In this document: in pieces, positions 37,519-48,800 of the stretch
Position numbering within the stretch: the first letter of the stretch is position 1
Layout: every line of letters starts with the position of its first letter
IMG/VR virus record: IMGVR_UViG_3300036944_001066
Location: 391 to 64,390 of that record
Length of the DNA stretch: 64,000 nucleotides
Source: a virus
Lineage: Duplodnaviria > Caudoviricetes
Reading direction: 5' to 3' (one strand)
Position numbers and translations under genes: made by a program
The notes under the pieces: model-generated
Databases searched by the model: none
Seen by the model: only the letters and a program-made list of their open reading frames with translations
Told to the model about the DNA's origin: nothing

Positions 37519-39261
37519 ATGGCGGTCATCAAGGTTGCCGCATTTGCCGGTGAAAAGCCGCAGATCACATCTCGGCTTCTGCCCGAGACTGCGGCCAAGA
37601 CTGCATCGAACGTACGCTTGAATGACGGCGCGTTGACGCCGACGCACCAAGCGCTCGACGTCGGTGGAGATGCGGCAAGCCTTGCGACCAAAACAATCTA
37701 CCTGCACGCAGACACATGGCTTTCATGGGACACAGAGGTTTGGGCGTCACCTGGTCCGGTGGCGCAAGACCGACTTTACTACACCGGCGACGGCGCACCA
37801 AAGATGCGGGCTTCCGGCACGGTCTACCCGCTCGCCCTCCCCCGCCCTTCCGTCGCTTTGACCGCTACCCCGTCAGGATCTGGCACCGGCGACGTCCAAA
37901 GCCGCACCTATGCCTATACCTATGTCACCAGCTTTGGCGAGGAATCCGCGCCTTCGCCGGTTTCCGCAATTATCAACTGGCAACCGGGCCAGACCGTCAG
38001 CCTTTCCGGATTCGTGTTACCTGCTTCTGGCCGTGGGGTCACGCTGCAGCGCATTTACCGCTCGCAGACCGGTTCCGGCGGCACTTACCTCTACCTGATC
38101 GCTGAGCGGGCTGTGGCCAACACCGACTATGTCGACAGTGTCGCCGTCGATGGTTTCCAGGAGGCGTTGCCAAGCGCAGACTGGAACGAACCACCGGACG
38201 ATCTGCAAGGGCTCATCTCGATGCCGAATGGCATGATGGCGGCCTTCAGCGGACGCCGCGTGTATTTCTGTGAGCCCTATCGTCCGCACGCATGGCCCGA
38301 GAAATACGCCATGACGGTCGCGAGCGACATTGTCGGCCTTGGCGCTATTGGGTCCAGCCTCGTTGTAATGACGAAGGGCAACCCTCATCTGATGAGCGGG
38401 TCAAGTCCGGACACGATGCAGGCCGTGAAGCTCGAGGCGACATATCCGTGCATCAATTCGCGCGGCATCGTCGATCTCGGGTTCGCGATCGTCTACCCCT
38501 CCGAACTTGGCTTGGTTGCCGTGCGCGGCGATGGCTCGATCGGCATTGCGTCGGAAGAGCTGTTCGGTCGCGATGAGTGGCTGGCGCTGTCCCCACAGAC
38601 CGCGATCGCCGGCCGGCACATGGATCGCTATGTGCTTTTCTACGACACCGTTCTTGAAGATGATTCCCGGGGTTCCGGCGCGCTGCTGATCAACATCAAC
38701 GCTGCGCAGTTTCTTGTCAGATCTGCCGAGACGGCAAGTGCCGTGCATATCCCGGCGGATGGCTCGGCGCTGTATTTCACCCGGCCGGATGATGTCAATA
38801 TTCGCCGCTTCGATGCACCCGACGGCTCGCCTGAAACCTATTACTGGCGGTCAAAAGAGTTCTGGTTCACCGTGCCGCAGAATTTTGGCGCTGTGCTTGT
38901 CGATCTTGGCAATGGCATAAGCCTACAATCGGGGGCCGCGATCGAGACCGAACGGGATGCGATCATCGCCGCGAATGAGGCGATAATCCTGGGCGACACG
39001 GGGGGAGACCTCGGCGGCGCTGCGCTGAATGTGTATCCCGTGAATGGCGACGCCCTGCTGGGCTTCCCGATCTATGACGAGGTGACCGTCAACATCTATG
39101 CCGACAAGGTGCTGTTCCACACGCTCACCAACATCAACCAGGTGCGCCGTCTGCCGGCAGGCAAAAAGGCGCGCGTGTGGGAATTTGACGTCAGCGCCAA
39201 CATCCAAGTGACGCAGGTGATCATGGCAGGCACGGTGGACGAGTTGAGGAGCACGCAATGA
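37519..39261 (+). CDS. Tail tube/nozzle (stabilisation) protein
   Basis: 580-aa beta-propeller-like; YAYTYVTSFGEESAPSP, FCEPYRPHAWP, WRSKEF. Confidence 0.8.
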   Translation: MAVIKVAAFAGEKPQITSRLLPETAAKTASNVRLNDGALTPTHQALDVGGDAASLATKTIYLHADTWLSWDTEVWASPGPVAQDRLYYTGDGAPKMRASGTVYPLALPRPSVALTATPSGSGTGDVQSRTYAYTYVTSFGEESAPSPVSAIINWQPGQTVSLSGFVLPASGRGVTLQRIYRSQTGSGGTYLYLIAERAVANTDYVDSVAVDGFQEALPSADWNEPPDDLQGLISMPNGMMAAFSGRRVYFCEPYRPHAWPEKYAMTVASDIVGLGAIGSSLVVMTKGNPHLMSGSSPDTMQAVKLEATYPCINSRGIVDLGFAIVYPSELGLVAVRGDGSIGIASEELFGRDEWLALSPQTAIAGRHMDRYVLFYDTVLEDDSRGSGALLININAAQFLVRSAETASAVHIPADGSALYFTRPDDVNIRRFDAPDGSPETYYWRSKEFWFTVPQNFGAVLVDLGNGISLQSGAAIETERDAIIAANEAIILGDTGGDLGGAALNVYPVNGDALLGFPIYDEVTVNIYADKVLFHTLTNINQVRRLPAGKKARVWEFDVSANIQVTQVIMAGTVDELRSTQ

Positions 39262-39515
39262 CCACGACACGGTATGAAGAACAGTCGCTGAAGGAGAAGA
39301 TTGAAACGCTGGACGGATCTCGCTCCAAAGACAGACAGCGCGCAGCGGTGCGCATCACGGATCTGTCCGAGCTTATGCGCCTCTCAACGGTCCGCTCCTC
39401 TGATGTCACATCGGCACCGACGGCAGCGGAATACAATAAGCTGCGCGCTGACGTGCTTGAACTGAACAACCGGCTGCAAGCGGTCATCCTTGACCTGCAG
39501 GAGCGCCTGCGTTGA
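39258..39515 (+). CDS. Small coiled-coil virion protein
   Basis: APTAAEYNKL..DV motif; ATGA-coupled. Confidence 0.7.
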   Translation: MTTTRYEEQSLKEKIETLDGSRSKDRQRAAVRITDLSELMRLSTVRSSDVTSAPTAAEYNKLRADVLELNNRLQAVILDLQERLR

Positions 39516-39964
39516 AGTCCGTCATTTACCAGCCGGTAGACACTATGATCGAATGGGCAGTGAAGCGATGCGGCGGCTTCCCTTTCCGGGATGATGCAAC
39601 CGCGATCGGAACAACGGACGCCGGCCAGTTGGCCGGCGTTGTCGTGTTTGACAATTTCTCACCCGGTGGGTGTTACATCAGCGTGGCGTCCGATGGGTCG
39701 CGGCGCTGGCTGAATCGTGAATTTTTGATCCGTGCAAGCGCCTACCCATTCATCCAGTTGAACCAACGCCGCATCACTGGCCTGATTTCCGCGCATAACA
39801 GCGACAGCATCGCGTTCTGCAAATCCTGCGGGTTCCAATTTGAAGGCACGATGCGGCAGGGCGGCGTCTTTGGCGAAGATCTCCTGCTTTTCGGCTTGCT
39901 CAAAGAGGAATGCCGATGGCTTCCGAATAGGATGGCTGGAAAGCATAACCCGGCTGGGCTATAG
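39512..39964 (+). CDS. GNAT acetyltransferase
   Basis: YPFIQL..RRITGLI...N......GFQFEGTMR. Confidence 0.85.
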   Translation: MKSVIYQPVDTMIEWAVKRCGGFPFRDDATAIGTTDAGQLAGVVVFDNFSPGGCYISVASDGSRRWLNREFLIRASAYPFIQLNQRRITGLISAHNSDSIAFCKSCGFQFEGTMRQGGVFGEDLLLFGLLKEECRWLPNRMAGKHNPAGL

Positions 39965-39974
39965 TGCCATCGTC

Positions 39975-39987
39975 GCGCAGGACGTGC
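39975..39987 (+). promoter_or_regulatory. Late-leader GGA hairpin GCGC-AGGAC-GTGC
   Basis: TATAGT at 39960-39965; 27 nt before ATG 40015. Confidence 0.75.
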
Positions 39988-40014
39988 GGCCTCTCCTTTT
40001 CATGAGGCCACACA

Positions 40015-41271
40015 ATGGGCAAATTCAGTTCCTCTGCACCCGCAGCAGATCCCGCGATCGGCGAAGCCGCTCTTAAAGAGGCGCAGACTGGCGAGGCGTG
40101 GCTTGCCTTTGCGAAAGATTCCTTTGCTGTTTCGCAGGAGCGTCAGAAAGAACTAGACGCCCTCACGACAAAAGTGACGGAGCAACAGCTTGGCCTCGCG
40201 ACCGATCAGGCAACATGGTCAAAAGAGGATCGCGCGCGCTACAACAGCGTCTATAAGCCGATTGAGGATCAATACATCGCCGAGGCAACCAATTATGCTT
40301 CGGACGAAAAGCAGGCAGAGGCGGCGGCTGGCGCCCGCGCAGACGTGCAAACTGCCGCGGCCAATGCACGATCAGCCACCGAACGCCAGGCGGCATCGAT
40401 GGGCATTGATCCCACGTCCGGCCGGTTTGCCGGCGTGCAGGCCACCACCGACATGAACGCCACACTGGCCGAGGCTGGCGCGGCGAATGGCGCGCGTGAG
40501 GCAGTGCGTGACAAAGGGTTGGCGCTGAAGGCCGACGTGGCGAACATGGGCCGTGGTTATGCGTCCAGCGCGGGCACAGCTGCCGGAGGCAGCGTCGGCG
40601 CCAGCGCAACAGCACTTTCTGGCGCCCAGTCCACCAATAGTCAGTCGATGGCGGCAAACAACATCATGGGTGCCGGCTTCCAAGGGGCAATGCAAGGCTA
40701 TTCCGGGCAGGCGGCGACCTTGAACCAGCAGTTCGGCATCCAGTCCAACAACTGGCAGGCACAGCAGAGCGCGAACGCCCAGGGCGCCGCCGGCATCGGA
40801 ACTTTTTTGGGTGGCCTGTTTGCCAGCCCGATCTTCAAGTCCGACGAAAACCTGAAAGAGGACATTCAGGATATCCCCGAAGGCGAGGGCATCAACGCCA
40901 TGCGCAAGATGCCCGTGAGCGAGTGGAGCTACAAAGAGGGCGTCGAGGATGGCGGCCGGCATGTCGGCACAATGGCGCAGGATTTCCAGCGCGCCACCGG
41001 CAAGGGCGATGGCCAGTCGATCCCTGTCGTCGATGCCATCGGCATCACCATGAAGGCGGTGCAGGATCTCGACCAGAAGGTGGAAAAGCTGGCCGGCATG
41101 ATCGGCCTTGGTGACCACGAGAAGGCGGAAACCGCCGAGGAAGAGGCGGTTGAGGACGATGAAATGTCCGAAGAGGAGGATGCCGCCGCACCGCCGCCCA
41201 TGCCAGCCAAGCGCCGCGCCAAGCGCAACACGCCGATGATCGGCATCAACTTCGAAAAGGAAGCCGCGTAA
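40015..41271 (+). CDS. Putative ejection protein with C-terminal peptidase S74 (ICA) domain
   Basis: A/G/Q-rich body; SDENLKEDI...WSYK...HVGTMAQDF. Confidence 0.75.
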   Translation: MGKFSSSAPAADPAIGEAALKEAQTGEAWLAFAKDSFAVSQERQKELDALTTKVTEQQLGLATDQATWSKEDRARYNSVYKPIEDQYIAEATNYASDEKQAEAAAGARADVQTAAANARSATERQAASMGIDPTSGRFAGVQATTDMNATLAEAGAANGAREAVRDKGLALKADVANMGRGYASSAGTAAGGSVGASATALSGAQSTNSQSMAANNIMGAGFQGAMQGYSGQAATLNQQFGIQSNNWQAQQSANAQGAAGIGTFLGGLFASPIFKSDENLKEDIQDIPEGEGINAMRKMPVSEWSYKEGVEDGGRHVGTMAQDFQRATGKGDGQSIPVVDAIGITMKAVQDLDQKVEKLAGMIGLGDHEKAETAEEEAVEDDEMSEEEDAAAPPPMPAKRRAKRNTPMIGINFEKEAA

Positions 41272-42512
41272 TGTTGTTGGGTATTGGCCTTGGCGCTGCG
41301 ATGGAAGGCTACCAGCGCACGAAAAAGATGCAGCAGGATAAGGCCATTCAAGATCAGCAGTTGGCGCGGCAGAAGGCGGCCGACGAGCGTGCCAAGGTCG
41401 TGCAGGGGCGCGAAGATACCGAATACAATCGCGAGATCGGCCAGCGCAATGAGATTGACCAGATCAATGCCGACGCGAAGAAAACGTTCGATCAACGTGT
41501 CGCCGCCGGGCAGGAGAAGCCGGATAACTTTGATGGCTTCTGGAGCGGCTATGCACTGCCCAAGCTCAAGAACACCTATCTGACGCAAGGCAACCCCGAA
41601 ATGGCTGAAAAGGTCCAAAAGTGGGGCGACAGTCAAGACGCGCGCGCCGGCGCCAAATTGTTCATGAGCGCAGTCAGCAAGGCGCAGACCGGCGATGCGG
41701 CAGGCGCACTTTCGGATGCCATGGCCGCTGGCAAGCTCAAGGGCTATCTCAGCCACAACATGGAAATTCTTGGGCAGGACACCATCCTTGATCCCGATGG
41801 CAAGCTGCAGGGCTATCGCCTGAAAATCAAAGGGCAGGACGGCAAGGAGGTCAATGAGGATGTGCCCCTTGCCCAGGTGCCTAAGCTCATCGCCACATAT
41901 CTCAATCCGGAAGCAGCTTGGCAGAGCCAGATCGACGCGCAGAACAATGCCGCAAAGACCGGCAATGAACTGAAAACTTACGAGGCAAAGAAGGTTATCG
42001 ATAAGCGCTACGACAATTCAAGCGACAAGGATCGCGGATCCGCAATCACGTCGCTGCGCAAGCGCATGGATGGCGGCATTACCGGCCGCGACCAGAAGTT
42101 CGACGATTTGCCGCGTGAAGAACAGGAAAAGATGATCGCCGACGAGGTCGCGCTGCAGAAAGGCTCGATCGGGCTTGGCGATGCGGCGCCGGCACCAAGT
42201 GCAGCTGGCGCACCGGCTGGGGCCGGTCGCAAGGTCGTTGTTGACAAGGCAACCGGCAAGCCGGTGCAGGCCAGCCCACCGGCCGCCACGCCCGCACCGC
42301 AGCGGCCAGCGCCGCAGGATCAGTCAGGAAGCCGCGAATCCGCCATCACGCTTGCGGTTCAAGATGCTGAAGCGGCGATGCAGGACGGCGTGCCGGTCTC
42401 ACGCATCGTCGAGCGGCTTCGCATGGATGGCATTCCGGAAGAAGTCTGGCCGCAATCCGTCCGCCGCGGTTATGCAGCGGCTCAAGAACGCGCAATCGGT
42501 CTGGCTCAGTAG
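41271..42512 (+). CDS. Putative ejection/internal virion protein
   Basis: Helical Q/A/K-rich, 413 aa, coupled to the previous gene. Confidence 0.65.
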   Translation: MLLGIGLGAAMEGYQRTKKMQQDKAIQDQQLARQKAADERAKVVQGREDTEYNREIGQRNEIDQINADAKKTFDQRVAAGQEKPDNFDGFWSGYALPKLKNTYLTQGNPEMAEKVQKWGDSQDARAGAKLFMSAVSKAQTGDAAGALSDAMAAGKLKGYLSHNMEILGQDTILDPDGKLQGYRLKIKGQDGKEVNEDVPLAQVPKLIATYLNPEAAWQSQIDAQNNAAKTGNELKTYEAKKVIDKRYDNSSDKDRGSAITSLRKRMDGGITGRDQKFDDLPREEQEKMIADEVALQKGSIGLGDAAPAPSAAGAPAGAGRKVVVDKATGKPVQASPPAATPAPQRPAPQDQSGSRESAITLAVQDAEAAMQDGVPVSRIVERLRMDGIPEEVWPQSVRRGYAAAQERAIGLAQ

Positions 42513-42515
42513 CGA

Positions 42516-42806
42516 TCAGTAGCAGATATTGCCGGTGCAGGTGCGGCTGAATGGCCGCCCTTCCTTATCCGTGCCCGTCGTCATCGTCGTACTCCCGAAC
42601 TGGTGCGTCTGCATCGACCAGTTACTCCCGGTGCGCGCGTTCATGCCCTGCGTATAGCTGCTCGTGCCCAGGCGCTGGGTGTTGTAGCTATTGCCGCTTT
42701 GCAGGTCATAGCAGGTCTGGAACGTGTCGGTTCCAACGCAATTGGCAAACGCGGGTAGTGCGCTCGCGGCCAGCATGGCAGCAGCCATTCTCATAATCTT
42801 TGGCAT
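42516..42806 (-). CDS. Small secreted Cys/Thr/Gly-rich protein
   Basis: Signal peptide ending AFA; four Cys; G(N/S)S(Y/W) repeats. Confidence 0.7.
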   Translation of the reverse strand: MPKIMRMAAAMLAASALPAFANCVGTDTFQTCYDLQSGNSYNTQRLGTSSYTQGMNARTGSNWSMQTHQFGSTTMTTGTDKEGRPFSRTCTGNICY

Positions 42807-42856
42807 TTTGTCCCCACAGACACGCCCGTCGTCATGTCGGGCGTGTCGTGAGCCTA

Positions 42857-45800
42857 TCAGTCGTAGATCCGTTCTGACAAGGCGCCGCGCAAGCGCTCGC
42901 CCAGCAGTTCGTTGCGAATGAGCGTTCCCTGCTCATCGCGGTTCGCCGAGTTCTTCATGCGCGTCTTGACCGAGCGCTTCAGCGTGTCCGGCTTGATCGG
43001 CACCGCCTGGTGCAGCGGAACGTCATTCCACTTGTCGATTGCCTTCGTTGCCTTGTCGATCTCCGCGTCTTCGCCCTCGATGACGGACATTGCCCACTTC
43101 GTGACCAGGCGCTGGCGCTCGCGCATGATGCGGGTTTCCGCGTTCTTCAGCGCCGTGTTGCGGTCCCACGTCTCGGCCACAGACGCCGGCGTAAACCCGA
43201 GCGCCTGCGCGACGATGCCATGAACCCCGATCTGATCGGCCGTCATGACGGTGGTGCCGTCAAACGACGTCAGCCCCTCGCTTGCGTAGCGGTAGGACTT
43301 CATCAGATCGCGAACAACTTTCGGAGCCGCCGTCTCGATACCGCGCGCTACCTCACCATCCATTACAAGGTTGAAGCCGTTATAGAGGTTTTCACCAAGG
43401 CCAACGGTGGCGCCGAGCGACTGCGAAAGCCAATACTGATACTCATCCTTGCCCTGCAGTTCGCGGTTCGGCGAGCGGAACCACAGATCCGGCATGCCGA
43501 TGCGCGTCGTGAGGTCGATCCCGAGATAATGGCCGGGCACGCCATTGAGCACCACCCCGCCAAGTTCCGGGCCGAGGATGTTGACCATGTCCGTGCGAAA
43601 CGCCTGCTCAAAGCCCAGCGGGTCATCATCCTCGTCGCCGAAGATCAGGCCAGCAACCATCATCGCGAGATTGAAGCCGGCAACACCCGACACGCCGGCA
43701 AACAGCGCCTGCATCCCGACGACGCCGGCCAGCTGGTACCGGGCTTCCTTGCGGGCCGCCGGGGTCTCGCCTTTCAACGACTGATGAATGTCGCGGAACA
43801 TGCGGTAGAGCATGTTGACGTTGTAGTTTCGGAACACCAGCGCGACCTTGGCAATATCGTTCTGCATGATCGCCGGCCGCGACGAGTTCGAATAATCGAA
43901 ATGTGTTTTCCACGTCAGGTCATGGGCCGTATCGATGGCGGCCAGATGGTCCTGTCCGGATCCGCGCGCCATGCGATAGGCGGCGAGCGCCGTGACTTCG
44001 CGGTTCCATACCTCGGCACGATGGAACGCCCAGGAGATGACGCCCATGACGCGGGCGCGCAGCGGGCTGTAATTGACGCCAGTGTCACCGACGCCGGCCA
44101 ACTCATGGCTTTGCGTGCGGTCGATCAGGCCACTGTCATAGAATGCCTGGATTGCGTCCTTCTCCTCGCGGGAGAGGTTGGCATTCGTGATGCTGCCCCT
44201 GCCCTTGACGCTGTCCATCGACGCCTTCATCAGCGCTTGCCCTGCCATCTTCATCCCGCCGAACCGGCCGGCGAGGATCGGCATACCCATCATGACTGTC
44301 TGCGTCATATTGAGCGCGGCCGAGGCAGGGGATGCGGCGAGGAACCACACGAAGGCGGCGCTTGTGAGCACCTGCGCGGCTTTGCCGCCCGTTGGGTTCA
44401 TCACCCAGTCGTGACGCTTGGCAAGCTCATTCGACAACGTCATGCCGCGCGTCGGGTCATCCGCTTCACGTGCCTGATCGCGGGCTTGTTGCACCAGTTC
44501 CTGCAATTCGAGGCCATACTTGACCTTCGCCATCTGGTGGGCGGCATGGAACATGTGCGACGAGAACACGCGCAGCGCATCCCGGTTGAAGCCGGCCGTT
44601 CCCTTGCGGTGGATGAAACGCTTGCGGGTCGAAAGATCCGGCATGGTTTCGAGATACCGCTGCCAGATCATGTCCATGACTTCGCTATCGACGCCGGCAC
44701 CGCCAAGAATCGTCTCGATCTCGGCCACCATGCGTGGGTCCATGGAGTTGCGAAGGTCTGCCCCCTCCTCCATCACACCCTTTTCGACCGTGCCGCCCGG
44801 ATACTCGCGGCCGACTTCAGACGCGAAGCGGTCACGATCAGCAGCCTTCTCAAACTTCGAGAACGTCAGCACCGAACCATCGACGTCACGCACGGTGACG
44901 AAATACCGACCAAACCGGCCGAGCGGGAAGTATGGCGCCGGCACGCGGCTGCTTTCGAATGCGATCCGCAGCTTCGTCATCCGGGCCTTGGCCGCCCATG
45001 AAGATTTGGTGGTCTCTGCCTGGTATGCGCTTTTGGCGTCTTCTTCTGCCTTGCGGCGCAGATCCATGGCAAGGCCGGCATCGCGGATCTGCTCGAGCGA
45101 TTTCTTATACCGGCGCTCCGCCTGCTCACGTGCGATCTCCTGCGCCTTGCGCACGTTGTCCAGCAGGATCTCATCCAGTTCGGCCGCCTGCGCGCTATAG
45201 GCATTACGGACCTTATTATAAAGCTCGCGTCCGGCCGGCGGCAGGGCGAGGTAGCGCTGGCGAAGGGCGGCATAATGGCCCTTGGCCTTCTCCTCATCTT
45301 CCGTGCTCGACGGATCAACACCAAAGATGGTGCTGTCGTGCATCAGATCCGAGAGGGCCTGCGCCTTCGCCTTGTCGCGCGAGGCAAATCCCAGGCGGGT
45401 GAACTTGAGCCACTGTCCGGCGATCTCGTCGGCATCGGCGTGCTTCTGACCACGGAAGGCGTCCATGAGCCGCTTCACGCGCAGATATTCGCCGACGGCC
45501 ACCATGTTTGGCCGCGCCAATTCGGTGAAATAGTTGAGGGGGATCGTTTTCAGGACTGCCGGCGTGAGGTCCGTCAGCCGGCCGCTCAGTTCACGGGTAA
45601 TCCGTTCCCGATTGACCGTTCGGCGCTTTTCAGGCGAATAGTCTCGCGCGCCTGCTTCAGCAAGTCCGCCCGATTTGGGATTCGCGCCGACATCGCCTCG
45701 ACCTGCGACAGCCATTCCTTCCATTTCTGCAATGTGTCGAACGGGCTTGGCGGATCGATAAATCCCGGCATCAGCAGTTTTTGCTGTTGTGTCATTGAAA

Positions 45801-48800
45801 ACTGCCCCTTCAAGGCGTTTTGCAGCCTCATTGATCTTCGCGTCCATGCCGGGCACGCTGGCGAAATCATATGACTGGTTGGTGAAATAAGCAATGATGC
45901 CTGCTCGCTGTGCGACTTCTTGGATAGCGTAGCCGTGCGCCTCATCTGCCACGGACGCCACAGTGTTGCCGTTGTTGACCTGGCGCTGCAGAAATTCGGT
46001 CATAAACTGGCTGATTTTCGCCAAAGCACTTGTCATGTCTGCAAGTCTGTAGATCTGCGTGCCGGTATCATCCGAGAACTTGGCTCGCCATGCCTTCATC
46101 CTGTCGGTTGGCTCGTAACGGGTGTTGCGGCCACCTGCTCCAATAGCCCACGTGGCATGGAGACCTGGCATCACAGAGAATGCAATGTCGGCGCCACTCA
46201 GCGGGCTATTCCGCGGATGGTTGTGGAATATCACGATCTGCCGATCCGGGTTACTCATGGCCGAGGCGAGCTTGTTGCTCATCCCTGTCATGCTTGGCCT
46301 TCCGGCGGTGCCATACTCGACCACGGCGCCATCATCATCGATCGCCACCAGATGCTCATTCCCGGATTTAAGGCCCGGCTCCGAGACGACACGGAACGCC
46401 CACTGCATCAGGCTTTCTTCGGCATTTCGCGGCGGTACCGGCAATGAGCGCAAATCCTGCGTGGACTTCACCACCGGATCCGGGCGCTTATCGGCCTTGG
46501 CTGGCAGAACGTCGGCATCCGCCGGCGCAGCGACTGGCGCGGTGCCGGGCTTCTTTGGCTTCAGGGCATCGAGCAACGCGCGGTGCTTGGTCGCCGTCTC
46601 TTCCAGTTCGGCTGCGTTCGGCCACGGGCCGATCTGCTTTGCGATCAACGGGATCTGCTCTTGCACATCCGCTGCCCGCGCCTCGTCGCTGGCCGGCAAC
46701 TTTGTCAGCCTGCGCACCTGATTGGTGATCGACATGGCAAGGCCGGTCGGGTCTTGCTGGCCGACGTCCTCGATCGTCAGATGGTAGGAGCGCGCGCCTT
46801 TGATTTCGACGTCGAACTTTGCCTCGTACATGTGATCCATGCGGATCGTGAAATCGCCGTACTTGCCGACGGTTTCCGCGCCGCCCATGCCATCGACAAT
46901 GCCCTTGCGCATCCGGGCCAGCAGTGCGGCACCGAACTCTTTCGGTTTCTCAAAGGTCTCGCCATCGACGATGGCTTTGAACGGCTGGTCGGCCAGCTTT
47001 TCGGCGTTGGCCGCATCGGTGCGCTCACCCGGCAGGCGGGCGTTGATGGCCTCGATCTCCTCACGTGCCTGGCGGATCTTGTCGCGGATCCGGTGCTGGT
47101 TGCGGTTATGCTCAGAGGCTTGGCCTTCCAGCGTCCGCAGCTTGCGCCGTGTTTCCATCTCTTCCAGGATCAGCGGGTTACCGGATGCCGCGGCCTTCAT
47201 TTCGGCAGCATTGGCCGCTTCGCCGGCAATGTCCTCGATCTGGCGCGTTTTTACGTCGCCCTTGCGCACCTGCCCGATGAAACGGGCTTTTGCCTCGATG
47301 CCCTGCCACTGACGCGCATCGAGCGTGTTCTTCGTGGCATAGCGAAGGATTTCGACCTCGAAGCCGTTTGGATCTTCGTCGTAAAGCTCATTGCCCTGCC
47401 GGATGATGCGCCCGTCGCGCTGCTCAAGGTCAGATGGCCGCCACGGCGCATCGAGATGGTGCAGCGCCACAAGGCGGTTCTGCACGTTGGTGCCAGCGCC
47501 CATCTTGGCGGTGCTGCCGAACAGGAAGCGGGTCCGGCCCGAGCGAACCTTGCCGAAAAGTTCTTCCTTCTGGATCTCCGTGTTGGCGTCGTGGATAAAC
47601 GCGATCTCATCGGCCGGCACGCCGCGGTCAATCAGCTTTTGCCGCAGATCGTCATAGACCGAGAATTTCGACGTAAGAGCAAGGAACTCGTCGGGGCTCA
47701 TGGCGTCGAGCTTTTCCTGCGCCGCCTCGTCGCCCTCCTCCGCCTTGCGCATCAGGTCACGCAGTTCGCTTTCCTGCTTCGCCTTGGCTTTCTTGGGCGT
47801 GGACAGGTCGATGAACACCAGCTGCGCGCCGCGCTTGTCGCTCCACTTGTCGTAGATGCGCTTCATCTCGTCGGCCGCACGGCTGACTTTGCTATCCGGA
47901 TTGTCGGCATAGGCGGGATCGATCAGGCGCATGTCGAGCGCCGCCTTGCGGGCGTCCGACATCACTTTCAGCATGTTGTCGGCGCCCTTCTCTGCCTTCT
48001 TCGGCAGATGCTCAGCGCGATAGACCAACGATCCTTCCGGGAACTGCATCTCGCCGTTGGCATCCATTCGGCCCTCGCCGATGAATGCCGCCTGGTCCTG
48101 CGAACGCTCGACGGTGATGTTGTTGGGCTTGCCGCCCATGACCTTCGGCAATGGCAACGTCTTGCCCTGCGCGGCAAGCTGCGCCTTGATGTCGTCGTTC
48201 GAAATGACGTCGGCAAAGCCGAGATACATCTTCATCAGTTCGGGGATGTTCACGAACTTGGCGAAGCGCGTGTTGAGCTTGTACTGGCCGCTCGGGCTCA
48301 GTTCCCAGTCGGTGACAGCCTCACCGAACACACGTGCCCATGCGTCGAAGTGCGACAGGCCAAGGTTCCCGAGGCGCTTTTTGTCGAGATAGCGCTGCAC
48401 TGTGTACATTTCTGCCATCGTGTTCGACAGCGGAGTGCCGGTGGCCACGACGATGTTGCCGCCGGTTCGATCGAGAACGTTCTGGATCTTGATGAACATG
48501 TCGGTGGCTTTTTTGCTGCCAGTTGGGTTCCCGAGGCCGGCGACACGCTGCATGCCGGTGACAAACGGCAGGTTCTTGAACTCGTGGAACTCGTCGACAT
48601 AGAGCGCATCGACGCCGAGATCATCGAAATACAGCCCGTCATCCTTGCGGCCGGCGTCGAGGAGCCCCTTGATCTTGCTTTCAAGGTTCTGCCGCTGCTT
48701 CGCCAGCTGCGCCACGTTGCGCGACTTCTCGCCCGTTTCCCTGCGCATGTCTGTAATGGACTGCTCAAGGTCGCCGATCTGCTGCTGGATGAACGCGGCT

